Numbered from the stretch's first letter, positions 1-8,631 are shown. The stretch is 64,000 nucleotides of DNA from an uncultured Chloroflexia bacterium (GCA_963768655.1 CAVYIM010000007.1:192001-256000), one strand, 5' to 3'. Numbers and translations are program-made. Notes: generated by a model from the letters alone, not told the origin.

Positions 1-268
1 ATGCGACAGCAGGCCGCGCCACCACCACTACCGGCGATCGATCGGGCAGGATTGGCACGAGCGCGACGAGCGAATCCGAGACGAACGCGGCGTCGGGGAG
101 GTCCGGCTCCTCAGGAAGGCGCAGCAGCGGCAGGCCGGCGTCCTCGAGCGCCGCGCAGAACGCGGCGTGCTGCGCTCGCGCCCGTGAAACGTCGATCGAG
201 TGATGGGCCGGGTGCGTCGAGAGCGCGTCGCGGAAGGCGGCATCTGGGGGCCGAACGATGACAAGCAT
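1..268 (-). CDS. Dimethylarginine dimethylaminohydrolase/amidinotransferase family protein, N-terminal part (runs off window)
   Basis: Not in ORF track. Manual translation from ATG 268: MLVIVRPPDAAFRDALSTHPAHHSIDVSRARAQHAAFCAALEDAGLPLLRLPEEPDLPDAAFVSD...VVARP, matching the DDAH pattern (A.xQH..., PD..FVxD, RP). Confidence 0.75.
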   Translation of the reverse strand, partial: MLVIVRPPDAAFRDALSTHPAHHSIDVSRARAQHAAFCAALEDAGLPLLRLPEEPDLPDAAFVSDSLVALVPILPDRSPVVVVARPAVA

Positions 269-418
269 CTGCGAAGGGTAGCGGGTTGCGGGCCTGGAGG
301 ACGAACAGAAGCGGCGCCGCTCCGGTCGGCCTGGAGGCGCTCGACCGGCCCGACAATGGCCGCTAGAGCTAGCCGGGGCCCCTTGCCTGCCACAGCCAAC
401 AGGGGTAGGCCTGCAAAG

Positions 419-515
419 GTGCATCGCCTCTGATTCCTCCGACAGATCGCACGTGCGGCTGCCGAGAGGGGAGTCGAGTGGGAGTTGGTTCGGTGAAGGT
501 TGGTGACGGCAATGA
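419..515 (+). pseudogene. Collapsed hicA-like toxin remnant
   Basis: Fragments read LRQIARAAAERGVEWELVR fused to GEGW*RQ*. The final TGA overlaps the hicB ATG (ATGA). The central GxH region is absent. Confidence 0.55.
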
Positions 516-1035
516 AGACCCAATATCACGTGACGGCGACAAGGGTCGGTCGATGGTGGGCGATCGAGGTTCCCGAGCTGCCTGGCGTGCATTCGCAGTC
601 GCGCCGACTGGACCAGGTCGAGTCGATAGCCAGGGAGGCGATTGCTTTGTTCCTTGCAGTGGGGGAGGACGCCTTCGACGTCACGGTCGAACCCGACCTG
701 GAGTCGCTCGGCCCGCTGAAGGACTCGATAGAGGAGGCGCTTGCAGCCCGAGATGCGGCCGAAGTGCTCAGTCGAAGGCTTCCGCCGCCATCCGACATGC
801 CGTGCGAGAGATCCGGGACTCCGGCTATACGTCACGCGACACGGGGATGCTTCTAGGCATGAGCAACCAGCGCGTGAGCCAACTCGAGAGCGCCGCTGAG
901 CGCACCATCGACGCCGACACCCGCGACGTCATCGAAAAGTCCGACTTCGACGATTGGGGTGGCGGTCAACAACCTGCCGCCGTAGGCGTCCGAAAGGCCA
1001 CTGGCGCCGGGACCTCACGGAGCGTAGGTTCCTGA
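512..1035 (+). pseudogene. HicB-like antitoxin with C-terminal HTH, frameshifted near 765
   Basis: MKTQYHVTATRVGRWWAIEVPELPGVHSQSRRLDQVE... continues in another frame as AQSKASAAIRHAVREIRDSGYTSRDTGMLLGMSNQRVSQL (HTH). Confidence 0.75.
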
Positions 1036-1255
1036 ACGCTGGCCACCTTCCTTCACCACGCTGACCAGTTGGTCCAGGTATGTATGCGTACAATCGAGGC
1101 TGGCGTGCCATGAGCCGAAGAGTGGACTGTAGGAGCCAGGCAACGGTCATAGCCCAGCGGGGCTGGGTGCAGCACAAGCTGCTCCGGGTCCTGGCGGCTG
1201 GGGTCGGCTGTGACGGTTGGCGGTGACCATCGTGGCCGCCCACAGGGAGTCGTCG

Positions 1256-1618
1256 ATGCAACTGAACCACCTGTACCTGCTGGTTCGAGACCTCGAACGT
1301 TCGCGCGCCTTCTACGAACGCTACTTCGGCTTCGACGGGCCGTCCGAATGGCAGGCTGAAACCTTCGTCGTGCGCAACGCCGAAGGCTTCGCGCTGGCGC
1401 TCACCCCCGACCCCAACCCGCCCGAATGGCCGTCGAGCCTGCACTTCGGCTTCCTGCTCAACGACGTCGAATTCGTGCGCGCTCTCCAGGCCCGAATGGA
1501 GGCCGATGGCGTCCCGCTAGTCGAATCCATCTCGGAACCCGGCTTCGCAGTCTTCAAGTGCCTGGACCCGGACGGCTATGTCATCGAGCTCGAAGCGGGC
1601 CACCCGGGCGGCGCCTAA
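1256..1618 (+). CDS. VOC/glyoxalase family protein
   Basis: LNHLYLLVRDLERSRAFYERYFGF...LHFGF...DPDGYVIEL motifs; GGGAG RBS. Confidence 0.9.
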   Translation: MQLNHLYLLVRDLERSRAFYERYFGFDGPSEWQAETFVVRNAEGFALALTPDPNPPEWPSSLHFGFLLNDVEFVRALQARMEADGVPLVESISEPGFAVFKCLDPDGYVIELEAGHPGGA

Positions 1619-1853
1619 CGACCCCCGGTTAGTCGCCGATACGCGCACAACGGTTGCCCAGTCGCCGGACCTGCCGCTCTCCCACAAGACGCTGTGGTCC
1701 CTTCCTTTCTGCGCAACGGGCCGAACTCCTCACGGCCGTGTCACCCTCTGCCTGAACGACCAGCGGCGTGATCGAGCAGCAACCTGACCCACGTCCGGTC
1801 GCTGGTGCGGACGAGGAAGGTTAGGTGGGGTTAGGTAACCGTCCGCGCGAGGC

Positions 1854-2597
1854 CTAACTCTGGCGCGTGTAGTAGTCCGCGACCGCCCAGAACGACGCCT
1901 TCGGCTCCCAAGGCACGTCCGGATATGTCGTCCCGTGCCTGCCTCTGCCCAAGGTCTTGACCAGGGTTGAGGCGGCCATGTCGAGATCGTATCGAGGGTC
2001 CTCGTCGTAGGGGTGGATCGCGGACAAGAATGTGCTGACGAAGGCGCCGTCGACCCCGGCCGCATCCAGGATCGCGAGGGTCTCGGCAAGTTCCCGGGCT
2101 TGGAGTTCCTCATCGCGCACGTAGACGCCGTTGAGTCGCGGTCGCACCAGCCGTCCGACGAGCGGTAGGGAGTGAAGGCCCAGCGTGAAGTCGACCATGG
2201 TGCCGAGGTTCCGCATCCGGGCGACGAGGCTCTTGCCAGGCACGATGCCCTGCATGAAGAGCGTCAGTTCCGAGCCGACGACGAACACCAGCCGATCCGG
2301 CCGGCGGAGGCGCAGCTTCTCGGCCGCCTCCGCCGCCGCGACGATGTAGGCGAAAGTCTGGCCGGGGCTCTTGTCCCAGAGCACGGGGGAGAACCAGACT
2401 TCGAGGCCCTGGGCCAGGGCGTCCTCGGACGCCCGGACCACACGCTTCAGATCGCGCCCACCGATCCGCACGGCGTTGCAGTGGAGATCGCCGTGGATGA
2501 TCTCCAGCTCGCGGTGGACCACCGCCATGTCGAAGACCGGGCGCCAGTTGATGCCCATGACATGGCCGACGTCGTAACAGACGCCTCTTCGGTTCAT
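1854..2597 (-). CDS. TIM-barrel/glycoside-hydrolase-like hypothetical (family often labelled 'abortive infection protein'), probably internally deleted
   Basis: RGVCYDVG...ELEIIHGDLHCNAVRI...GLEVWFSP...GSELTLF...RDEELQA...WEPKASFWAVADYY; appears shorter than the family as recalled. Confidence 0.55.
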   Translation of the reverse strand: MNRRGVCYDVGHVMGINWRPVFDMAVVHRELEIIHGDLHCNAVRIGGRDLKRVVRASEDALAQGLEVWFSPVLWDKSPGQTFAYIVAAAEAAEKLRLRRPDRLVFVVGSELTLFMQGIVPGKSLVARMRNLGTMVDFTLGLHSLPLVGRLVRPRLNGVYVRDEELQARELAETLAILDAAGVDGAFVSTFLSAIHPYDEDPRYDLDMAASTLVKTLGRGRHGTTYPDVPWEPKASFWAVADYYTRQS

Positions 2598-2677
2598 GGC
2601 GCTCGGCAACCTAGTTGACGTTGACTGCCGCCATCTTGGACTGACCGGCGATGGCAAATCAACCGCTTGAAGGACCT

Positions 2678-3394
2678 CTACCAGTCCATCGTTGATGGCG
2701 TCGTCATTGCGCGCGCGGTTGCGCGCCGCAGATATCCCCTTACACCCGGCCCTCGCCGTTGATCTCGCCGGAGCCCGCTCGGGTAGTTGCGGCGCGCAGG
2801 TCGACCGTTCGACGCCGGCGCGCCAGCGCCGAAGCTACCCGGCACGTAGCCGAGATACATGGCGCCCGACGCGAACTGCCGCGTCTCGGTGAGCCGGAGG
2901 CCGACCGGTGTCTCGAGCCCGGGAAAGAACGGCCGGCCCGCCCCGAGGATGACCGGGTGGACGACGACGCGGTATTCGTCGATCAGGCCGCGCCGGACGA
3001 ACTGGGCGGCCAGCGTCGGCCCGCCGACGCTCAACTCGCCGGGAAATTCGGCCCGCAGCCGGGCCAGCACGTCGCCCACGTCGCCGCTTACGAGCCGGCT
3101 GTTCCCCTCGACGCCGGCGAGGCTTGTCGAGAAGACGATCTTCGGCGTCGCGTTCCAGACCCGGGCGAAGTCCAGCATGTAGTCGGTCGCAGACGGGTCG
3201 GACTCCGCGGTCGGCCAGTATGCGTTCATGACCTCATACAGTCGCCGCCCGTAAAGGAACGCATCCGTCTCGCGGGATCGATCGGTGAACCAGCGGTGGG
3301 TCTCTTCGTCGACGATCGTCCAGTCGAGGGAGTGGTCGGGAGTCTCGACATAGCCGTCGAGCGAGACGTTCATCAAGTAGACCAGCTTGCCCAT
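2678..3394 (-). CDS. Dihydrofolate reductase family (RibD C-terminal domain) protein
   Basis: MGKLVYLMNVSLDGYVE...GRRLYE...GGPTLA...GLIDEYRVVVHPVILGAGRPFF; the low-complexity tail may be read-through of a lost stop. Confidence 0.88.
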   Translation of the reverse strand: MGKLVYLMNVSLDGYVETPDHSLDWTIVDEETHRWFTDRSRETDAFLYGRRLYEVMNAYWPTAESDPSATDYMLDFARVWNATPKIVFSTSLAGVEGNSRLVSGDVGDVLARLRAEFPGELSVGGPTLAAQFVRRGLIDEYRVVVHPVILGAGRPFFPGLETPVGLRLTETRQFASGAMYLGYVPGSFGAGAPASNGRPARRNYPSGLRRDQRRGPGVRGYLRRATARAMTTPSTMDW

Positions 3395-3552
3395 CGTCGC
3401 CTCCGATGCAGTGCGTGCCGTTCCCCTTATCTTGACGAACCCGGGCGGACGGCTCATCGCTCCGTGGCCGGCGTTGCGGGTGACGCGAGACGTGCCCGGA
3501 CGAGTCGCCGGAGCCGCGCCGACACCACCGACCCCGCGCGCATAAGCGACCG

Positions 3553-3822
3553 ATGCGCGCGTCGTTTCGGCAGCGAAGCATGGGATCGGCGATGAACGAG
3601 CCCGCTACGTGGTGGAGCGGTGCGCATGCCCGTTCTATCCGACAGATGCCGGAGAAGGGGAGCGGGACCTCGTGATCGTTCCTCGGCCCCGATCAACGCG
3701 GAGTGCCACTCGAGGTTGTCGCCGTCGAGACCGAGGGCGGCGATCTGCTGGTCACCCACGCGATGCGATTGAGGGCCAGCTATGGAGAGACGTGCGTGTG
3801 GGTGATGAGATGCCGAGAGTGA
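3553..3822 (+). pseudogene. Frameshifted type II toxin-like gene
   Basis: Joined frames give ...SAAKHGIGDERARYVVERCACPFYP...DLVI/FLGPDQRGVPLEVVAVETEGGDLLVTHAMRLR, the SAxKHGI...LEV...VxHAM pattern of small BrnT-like toxins; two frame changes are needed. Confidence 0.55.
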
Positions 3823-4034
3823 AGTCCACGGGCACTTTTCCCAGGAGTGGCCGCCGGCTGTCTGGGGACGATCTCGACCCTTCCTTGAGCGCTGAGCCGG
3901 GTGCGCATTCCCCTCGCATCGAAGCCCGGGTCCCCGAAGCGCTTCATCGCCGCGTCTCGGCGCGCGCCGCCAGCGAAGCCAAAGGCGTGAGCGCCGCATT
4001 GCGGCAGTTGCTCGAGGAGTGCGCGGAGGGCTGA
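3810..4034 (+). CDS. Ribbon-helix-helix (CopG-like) antitoxin, probably internally deleted
   Basis: PSLSAEPGAHSPRIEARVPEALHRRVSARAASEAKGVSAALRQLLEE; overlaps the stop of the toxin remnant. Confidence 0.55.
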   Translation: MPRVKSTGTFPRSGRRLSGDDLDPSLSAEPGAHSPRIEARVPEALHRRVSARAASEAKGVSAALRQLLEECAEG

Positions 4035-4343
4035 CAGGGACCCAACCGTTGGCGGAGTGGTCGCTGACCTGTCGAGCGGTCGTCTGACGACCATTTCGTG
4101 ACTGGCCATGAATCTTGGTCATCGGTGACCATCTCGTGACCAGCCTCTTGGTGGCCGCGCGGTACATCACCGTGGCGTGAGTAGTTCACACCGAACCTGA
4201 ATCGACGGGACTGATCGGGAAGTAGCCCGGTATCATCCTGACATGGACAGAGGGCGAGTAATGGGGGGACGGGGGCGGTCGAAGGCGGCCAAGGACGCTA
4301 AGTCGCTTGTGCCGGCCAAGCTTCTTGGGCATAAGGTCGGGAA

Positions 4344-5096
4344 ATGATCCGCAAGATCCACGGTTTCGTCGTGGCCGCCATCGCCGTTGCTGCGATCGCG
4401 AGCTTCTTGACCGTCTGGGTGCTTGCTTGGACTTACGGCGGGGACGCAACCGGTGGCTTTGAGCGCGCAGGCCACTTCTACATCTGGAATCGCCCCCACA
4501 CCGGCTACCAGGAGGTTTCGGAGACTATCTGGCAGCTGAGCTTGCTCGCGAACCGCACTTTGCCGATCCTGTGGCCTCTGATGCTCCTTGCCGGTGGCTC
4601 TTGGATCGTGGCGACCGAGAACAGGGTCCTCAATGGGACTGCCGCCCGAGAAATCGATAGTCGAGTCAGGTTCGTTAGGCGTTCGGGGCCATTGCTCTGT
4701 TCGCGGCGCCTCTCGGGCTCAAGCGGCCGAGTCTCAGTGTGGGGTCCGCTGTTCCTCGTCGAGGTCTATCCCGCCGGCGTGTTGGTCAAGCCCTGGTTGG
4801 TTCGGCGACACGCAGTTCTTGCGTCGGAGATCCAAGACGTGGTGGTCGGCAAGGAGCGAGGTCATGAATACCTCGACATCCACCACTCCGGTGCGGGCAT
4901 GCCCTCGCCAGTCAGGCTGTGGGAATCGCCTGGCGCTCCCCTAAGCGCGGCGATACGCACGATCGCCCAGGGACCGGCGGCTATGCAGCATCCAATACTG
5001 CCCACGCAGCAGCCCGCCTCCTGGCGACGACTTAGCTTCGCGATCAGGATCAGCCAAGAAGACGATCCGGCTTCTGCCAATCGAGACAAGCCGTAG
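4344..5096 (+). CDS. Hypothetical membrane protein
   Basis: 250-aa ORF with two hydrophobic segments; -10-like TAAGGT 6 nt before ATG. Confidence 0.65.
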   Translation: MIRKIHGFVVAAIAVAAIASFLTVWVLAWTYGGDATGGFERAGHFYIWNRPHTGYQEVSETIWQLSLLANRTLPILWPLMLLAGGSWIVATENRVLNGTAAREIDSRVRFVRRSGPLLCSRRLSGSSGRVSVWGPLFLVEVYPAGVLVKPWLVRRHAVLASEIQDVVVGKERGHEYLDIHHSGAGMPSPVRLWESPGAPLSAAIRTIAQGPAAMQHPILPTQQPASWRRLSFAIRISQEDDPASANRDKP

Positions 5097-5165
5097 GCCA
5101 TTCTTCCGCAACGGTTGATGCGCTAGTGACCCACCGATGGCGGCTCGACAGACCAGGTTCGCCCG

Positions 5166-5193
5166 AACGGACATAACCTCTCTTATCGGAAGT
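5166..5193 (-). other. dif-like XerC/XerD recombination site (degenerate)
   Basis: Minus strand reads ACTTCCGATAA-GAGAGG-TTATGTCCGTT: 11-6-11 layout with ATAA/TTATGT inner motifs. Confidence 0.65.
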
Positions 5194-5434
5194 GCCGAGG
5201 CTAGGCGACGCTCGGGAATTGGCCCATCGACGCGCAGTCGAACCAGAGATCGCCCGGGCACACACCGGCGGCAATGGCAGGTCGCCATCGGCGAAGGAAT
5301 GCGTCAGCGGGCTTGCGCGTGGCGGCCTTCATAGCTGACTGACTTGGAAACGGCTGGCCCGGGGAATCCAGGCGGCCCGCCGGCAAAGGGCGCTCGGCGG
5401 GCCGCGAGTGGCGGAGTTGTGGCAGATATGGAAC

Positions 5435-5516
5435 GCCCGGAGGAACCGCGACCCCGCATCGTTCGGCCGATCCGAGAATCGGTCGAGTCGTTCGGTATTT
5501 CGTGGCCCCTCCGGGC
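5435..5516 (-). ncRNA. Putative novel ncRNA, short copy (82-nt rod hairpin)
   Basis: GCCCGGAGGGGCC...GGTTCCTCCGGGC closing stem with G-U pairs; preceded by -35 TTGGCA, 17 bp, -10 TACAGT; homologous to 6614-6887. Confidence 0.6.
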
Positions 5517-5523
5517 AGGATTG

Positions 5524-5669
5524 ACTGTAGTCGTTGGGCCGCGGCGTGCCAACCGGCTTGTCCACTTTTCCCTGAAGATCGCCGAGGGATGCGGAGTACT
5601 GTCCACGGGCCGTGCACACCGACCGGCGCGACCGACCTGCGTGTCGAAGGCGAACAGAACACCCGTTCT
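5524..5669 (-). promoter_or_regulatory. Promoter module 1: -10 (5524-5529), DnaA-box-like motifs (5558, 5599), LexA box AGAACACCCGTTCT (5656-5669)
   Basis: Motifs read directly; spacing identical to module 2. Confidence 0.65.
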
Positions 5670-5677
5670 GGTGGCCG

Positions 5678-6463
5678 TCAGGACGGAAGGACGCGTCGCC
5701 GGCGGTGCAGCGTCTTGATGCGAAGCGTCAGCACCAGGCGGAAGGCTTCGAGGAAGATGGCCATGCTCATCTTGGACTGGCCGGCACGACGCTCTTCGAA
5801 CGTGATCGGCACCTCCAAGACGCGCGCGCCCGCGAGGCGAGCCTGGAAGGTTGTCTCGATCTCGAAGGCGTATCCGCCGGCGTGGAGCCGGTCGAGGTCG
5901 ATGGCGCGGAGCACGGAGGCGCGAAAGGCCTTGAAGCCGCCCGTGAGGTCGCGATATGGCATCAGGAGCACGACTGCGGCGAACACGCTGCCACCGAGGC
6001 TGATCAGGCGGCGAAAGATGTTCCAGCGAGGGATCTGCCCGCCCCGGACGTAACGCGACCCAAGGACCAGATCGGCGCGATCCGCCGCCAGCGGCTCTAG
6101 AAGCGCCGGCAGGAACCTGACCGGGTGGCTGAAGTCGGCGTCCATCTGCACGACCACGTCCGCGCCCCGGGCGAGCACGTCGCGGAAGGCGGCCACGTAG
6201 GCCCGTCCCAGCCCCTGCTTGGCCTGGCGGTGCAACACCGCGATCTGTGGGCATTTGCGAGACAGCTCGTCGGCGAGCTCGCCGGTGCCGTCCGGGGAGC
6301 CGTCGTCGACGATGAGCACGTTCGCCTGGGGCACCGTCGCGAGAATGGCATCGGCGATCGGCCCGACGTTCTCGCGTTCGTTGAACGTTGGAACGACAAC
6401 CCAGATGCGGGACGGCGCGGCGGAGATCTGGCTCGGAGTCGCGGACGGGGCGGTGGGCGGCAT
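5678..6463 (-). CDS. Polyprenol monophosphomannose synthase (GT2, Ppm1/Dpm1-like)
   Basis: VVVPTFNEREN, IVDDGSPDGTG, GLGRAY, QMDADFSH, GSRYVRGG, DLTGGFK. Confidence 0.92.
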   Translation of the reverse strand: MPPTAPSATPSQISAAPSRIWVVVPTFNERENVGPIADAILATVPQANVLIVDDGSPDGTGELADELSRKCPQIAVLHRQAKQGLGRAYVAAFRDVLARGADVVVQMDADFSHPVRFLPALLEPLAADRADLVLGSRYVRGGQIPRWNIFRRLISLGGSVFAAVVLLMPYRDLTGGFKAFRASVLRAIDLDRLHAGGYAFEIETTFQARLAGARVLEVPITFEERRAGQSKMSMAIFLEAFRLVLTLRIKTLHRRRRVLPS

Positions 6464-6613
6464 CGGCTTCCTGGCTGCGAAAAGGGGTCGCGGCCGAGGA
6501 TACCCTCTGTCTCCCCTACCCTGCTGGCCGCAGCGCGCCGTGCCGGGCCGGACTCGGGTCTCAACGTGGGCCCGCGGGCCGGTTGGGCTTGCTGCCGTCG
6601 GATACAAAGAAAC

Positions 6614-6887
6614 GCCCGAAGGAACCACTTCGATCGGACTGCGGTTTCGCGCGTACCGGCCGCTTTGACCACCGCAAGCAAGAGGTCCGAGGACTCCTCG
6701 CTCGAACGGCGACCTGCGCTCCGGCCACTGCCGGAACTGCCACCAACCCCTCTACATTCCACCTTCCGCGGCTACGATCTGCGATCCGGGCCGAGAACCG
6801 TTGCGGGCTCCTGGTCTTTCACGTAGATCGGTCACCGTTTCCGTTGAAACCGCTGAGTCGGTGTCGATCTCGCTGGCCCCTTCGGGC
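6614..6887 (-). ncRNA. Putative novel ncRNA, long copy (274 nt, rod with branched apex)
   Basis: Nested pairings GCCCGAAGGGGCC/GGTTCCTTCGGGC, GATCG/CGATC, GACT/AGTC, GCGGTTTC/GAAACCGC; -10 TATTGT 7 nt upstream; U-rich tail GTTTCTTT. Confidence 0.65.
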
Positions 6888-6894
6888 AAGACAG

Positions 6895-7040
6895 ACAATA
6901 GGTCCGGGCCCCCGCTGGGAGAAGTGGCTTATCCACCACTTTCGGTGCCTGGGAAGACAGTTTTGGCAGTTGTCCACTTCCTGCCAACAAGGGTAGGTCG
7001 GCGCGAACCCCTAGTGCGGACGAGTGAGAACGGTTGTTCT
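6895..7040 (-). promoter_or_regulatory. Promoter module 2: -10 (6895-6900), DnaA-box-like motifs (6929, 6970), LexA box AGAACGGTTGTTCT (7027-7040)
   Basis: Motifs read directly; all offset by exactly 1371 bp from module 1. Confidence 0.65.
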
Positions 7041-7100
7041 AGTACTCCCCCGCCCTGCCGGGTCCGTCCGCGGGCCTTTGACGCGCTTCCCAGTGGACCA

Positions 7101-8441
7101 TCAGGCGTCCTCGGACGCGGCGCCGGCGGGGGTTCCGTTGTCGGCTCGGAGCAATTCGCGGTAGCGCGCGGCGACTGCCTTCAGCTCGCCCGCCAGCGGC
7201 GGGCTGACACGTCCCCGGACGCGCACGTCGAAGGACCGATAGTCGAGATCCACGGTGCCACGCTCGCGGATGCGGGCGATCAGCTCCCCGGCGCGGTATG
7301 GGATCGCCACGTCCACGTCCACCCAGAGCGACGCCAGCAGGGCGGACAGCTCGGCCCTCAGCGTCTCGAGGCCGTATCCGGTCACGGCCGAGATGAGGAC
7401 CGTGCCCGCGATCGCCGGCGCAGGCGTGTCGCCGTCGCGAGCCGCCGCCTCGATCAGGTCGGCCTTGTTGAACGCCACGAGGCGCGGCTTGTCGCCAGCA
7501 CCGAGCTCCTCGAGCACGGTCTGGACGGTCGCGCGATGCTCGGCGAAGTGGCGGTCCGAGGCGTCGACGATCTCGAGCAGGACGTCGGCGCGTGTGACCT
7601 CCTCGAGCGTCGCCCGGAATGCGTCGACGAGCTGATGGGGCAGCTTGTGGATGAAGCCCACGGTGTCAGTGACGATCGCGGTCTGGCCTTCGCCCAGCTT
7701 GACCTGGCGGGACGTCGGATCGACGGTCGCGAACAGCCGGTCCTCGGCCTTGACGACCTCCTGGCCGACGAGCGCGTTCAGCAGCGTTGACTTGCCGGCG
7801 TTGGTGTAGCCGACGATGGCGACCGTCGGGATGAGCCTCCGGTCGCGCGCGCGGGTCGCCGTGCGGCGCTGCTCGGCCACCTGGTCGACGCGCTCCTTGA
7901 GCTTCTTGATCCGTTCACGCACCAGGCGCCGGTCGGTTTCGAGCTGCGATTCGCCGGGGCCCCTCGTGCCGATGCCGCCGCCGGTGCGCGAGAGGTGCGT
8001 CCACATCCGAGTCAGGCGCGGCAGCTGGTATTCGAGCTGCGCCAGCTCCACCTGGAGGCGGCCTTCGTGCGTCTGGGCGTGCAGGGCGAAGATGTCCAGG
8101 ATCAGCCGCGATCGGTCGATCACCTTGGTCCTGACGGCTTCCTCGAGGGCGCGCTGCTGGGCGGGTGACAGCTCGTCGTCGGTGATCAGGAGCGTGTAGC
8201 CGGTCTCTGATCGGGCGGCCACCAGCTCGTCGACCTTGCCCTTGCCGACGTAGAAGTTGGGGTCGACATGGCGGCGGTTCTGCCACTCGGCGCCGACAAC
8301 CTCGGCGCCGGCGGTGTCGGACAGGCTGGCCAGCTCCGCGATCGACTCCTCCGCCGTCCAGCCGGGATCGTCGCCGGTGTCGACCGCGACGAGAAAGGCG
8401 CGCTCCACCGGCGCGGTCAGATCGATCATGTTCCTGGTCAT
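7101..8441 (-). CDS. hflX: GTPase HflX
   Basis: [44 protein letters not shown]. Confidence 0.97.
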   Translation of the reverse strand: MTRNMIDLTAPVERAFLVAVDTGDDPGWTAEESIAELASLSDTAGAEVVGAEWQNRRHVDPNFYVGKGKVDELVAARSETGYTLLITDDELSPAQQRALEEAVRTKVIDRSRLILDIFALHAQTHEGRLQVELAQLEYQLPRLTRMWTHLSRTGGGIGTRGPGESQLETDRRLVRERIKKLKERVDQVAEQRRTATRARDRRLIPTVAIVGYTNAGKSTLLNALVGQEVVKAEDRLFATVDPTSRQVKLGEGQTAIVTDTVGFIHKLPHQLVDAFRATLEEVTRADVLLEIVDASDRHFAEHRATVQTVLEELGAGDKPRLVAFNKADLIEAAARDGDTPAPAIAGTVLISAVTGYGLETLRAELSALLASLWVDVDVAIPYRAGELIARIRERGTVDLDYRSFDVRVRGRVSPPLAGELKAVAARYRELLRADNGTPAGAASEDA

Positions 8442-8631
8442 CACGGGCAGGATAGCCGAACGGCCGGCTGGCACGGTGCGGCTGAACGGCGGCCGGCCGA
8501 TGGCGACCGGCCCCGACGGCGGCGACCGGTGCGCCCGCCCGGCGCGAGCCTATACTCCGTCAGCTGGCTGCGTCCCCAGCACCGAGGTCCGTCACACCCC
8601 TCGGCGATCGGCACAAGGAGGAGAACAGCAG

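Noticed and set aside
1612-1635. Integron attC-like GCCTAAC...GTTAGTC
   Set aside because: Too short, no L boxes, no repeated sites and no integrase.
3535-3561. Second dif-like site (GCGCATAA arm)
   Set aside because: Spacer is 5 nt and there is no TTATGT arm; treated as a plain inverted repeat.
5503-5524. TGGCCCCTCCGGGCAGGATTGA as a reversed tRNA 3' end (att site)
   Set aside because: Stem lengths do not fit a tRNA; better explained as the 5' end of the short ncRNA copy, which pairs with 5435-5447.
6561-6746. 61-aa ORF inside the long ncRNA
   Set aside because: No recognisable features, and it runs through the terminal stem and U-tract; not fully excluded.
6614-6887. RNase P, tmRNA or SRP RNA
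   Set aside because: Lacks GAGGAAAGUCC, tRNA-like ends with CCA, and the SRP helix-8 CAGG...GGAA...AGCAG motif.
6920-6990. oriC, suggested by DnaA-box-like motifs
   Set aside because: Only two imperfect boxes, no AT-rich unwinding element, no dnaA nearby, and gene orientation points to a terminus.
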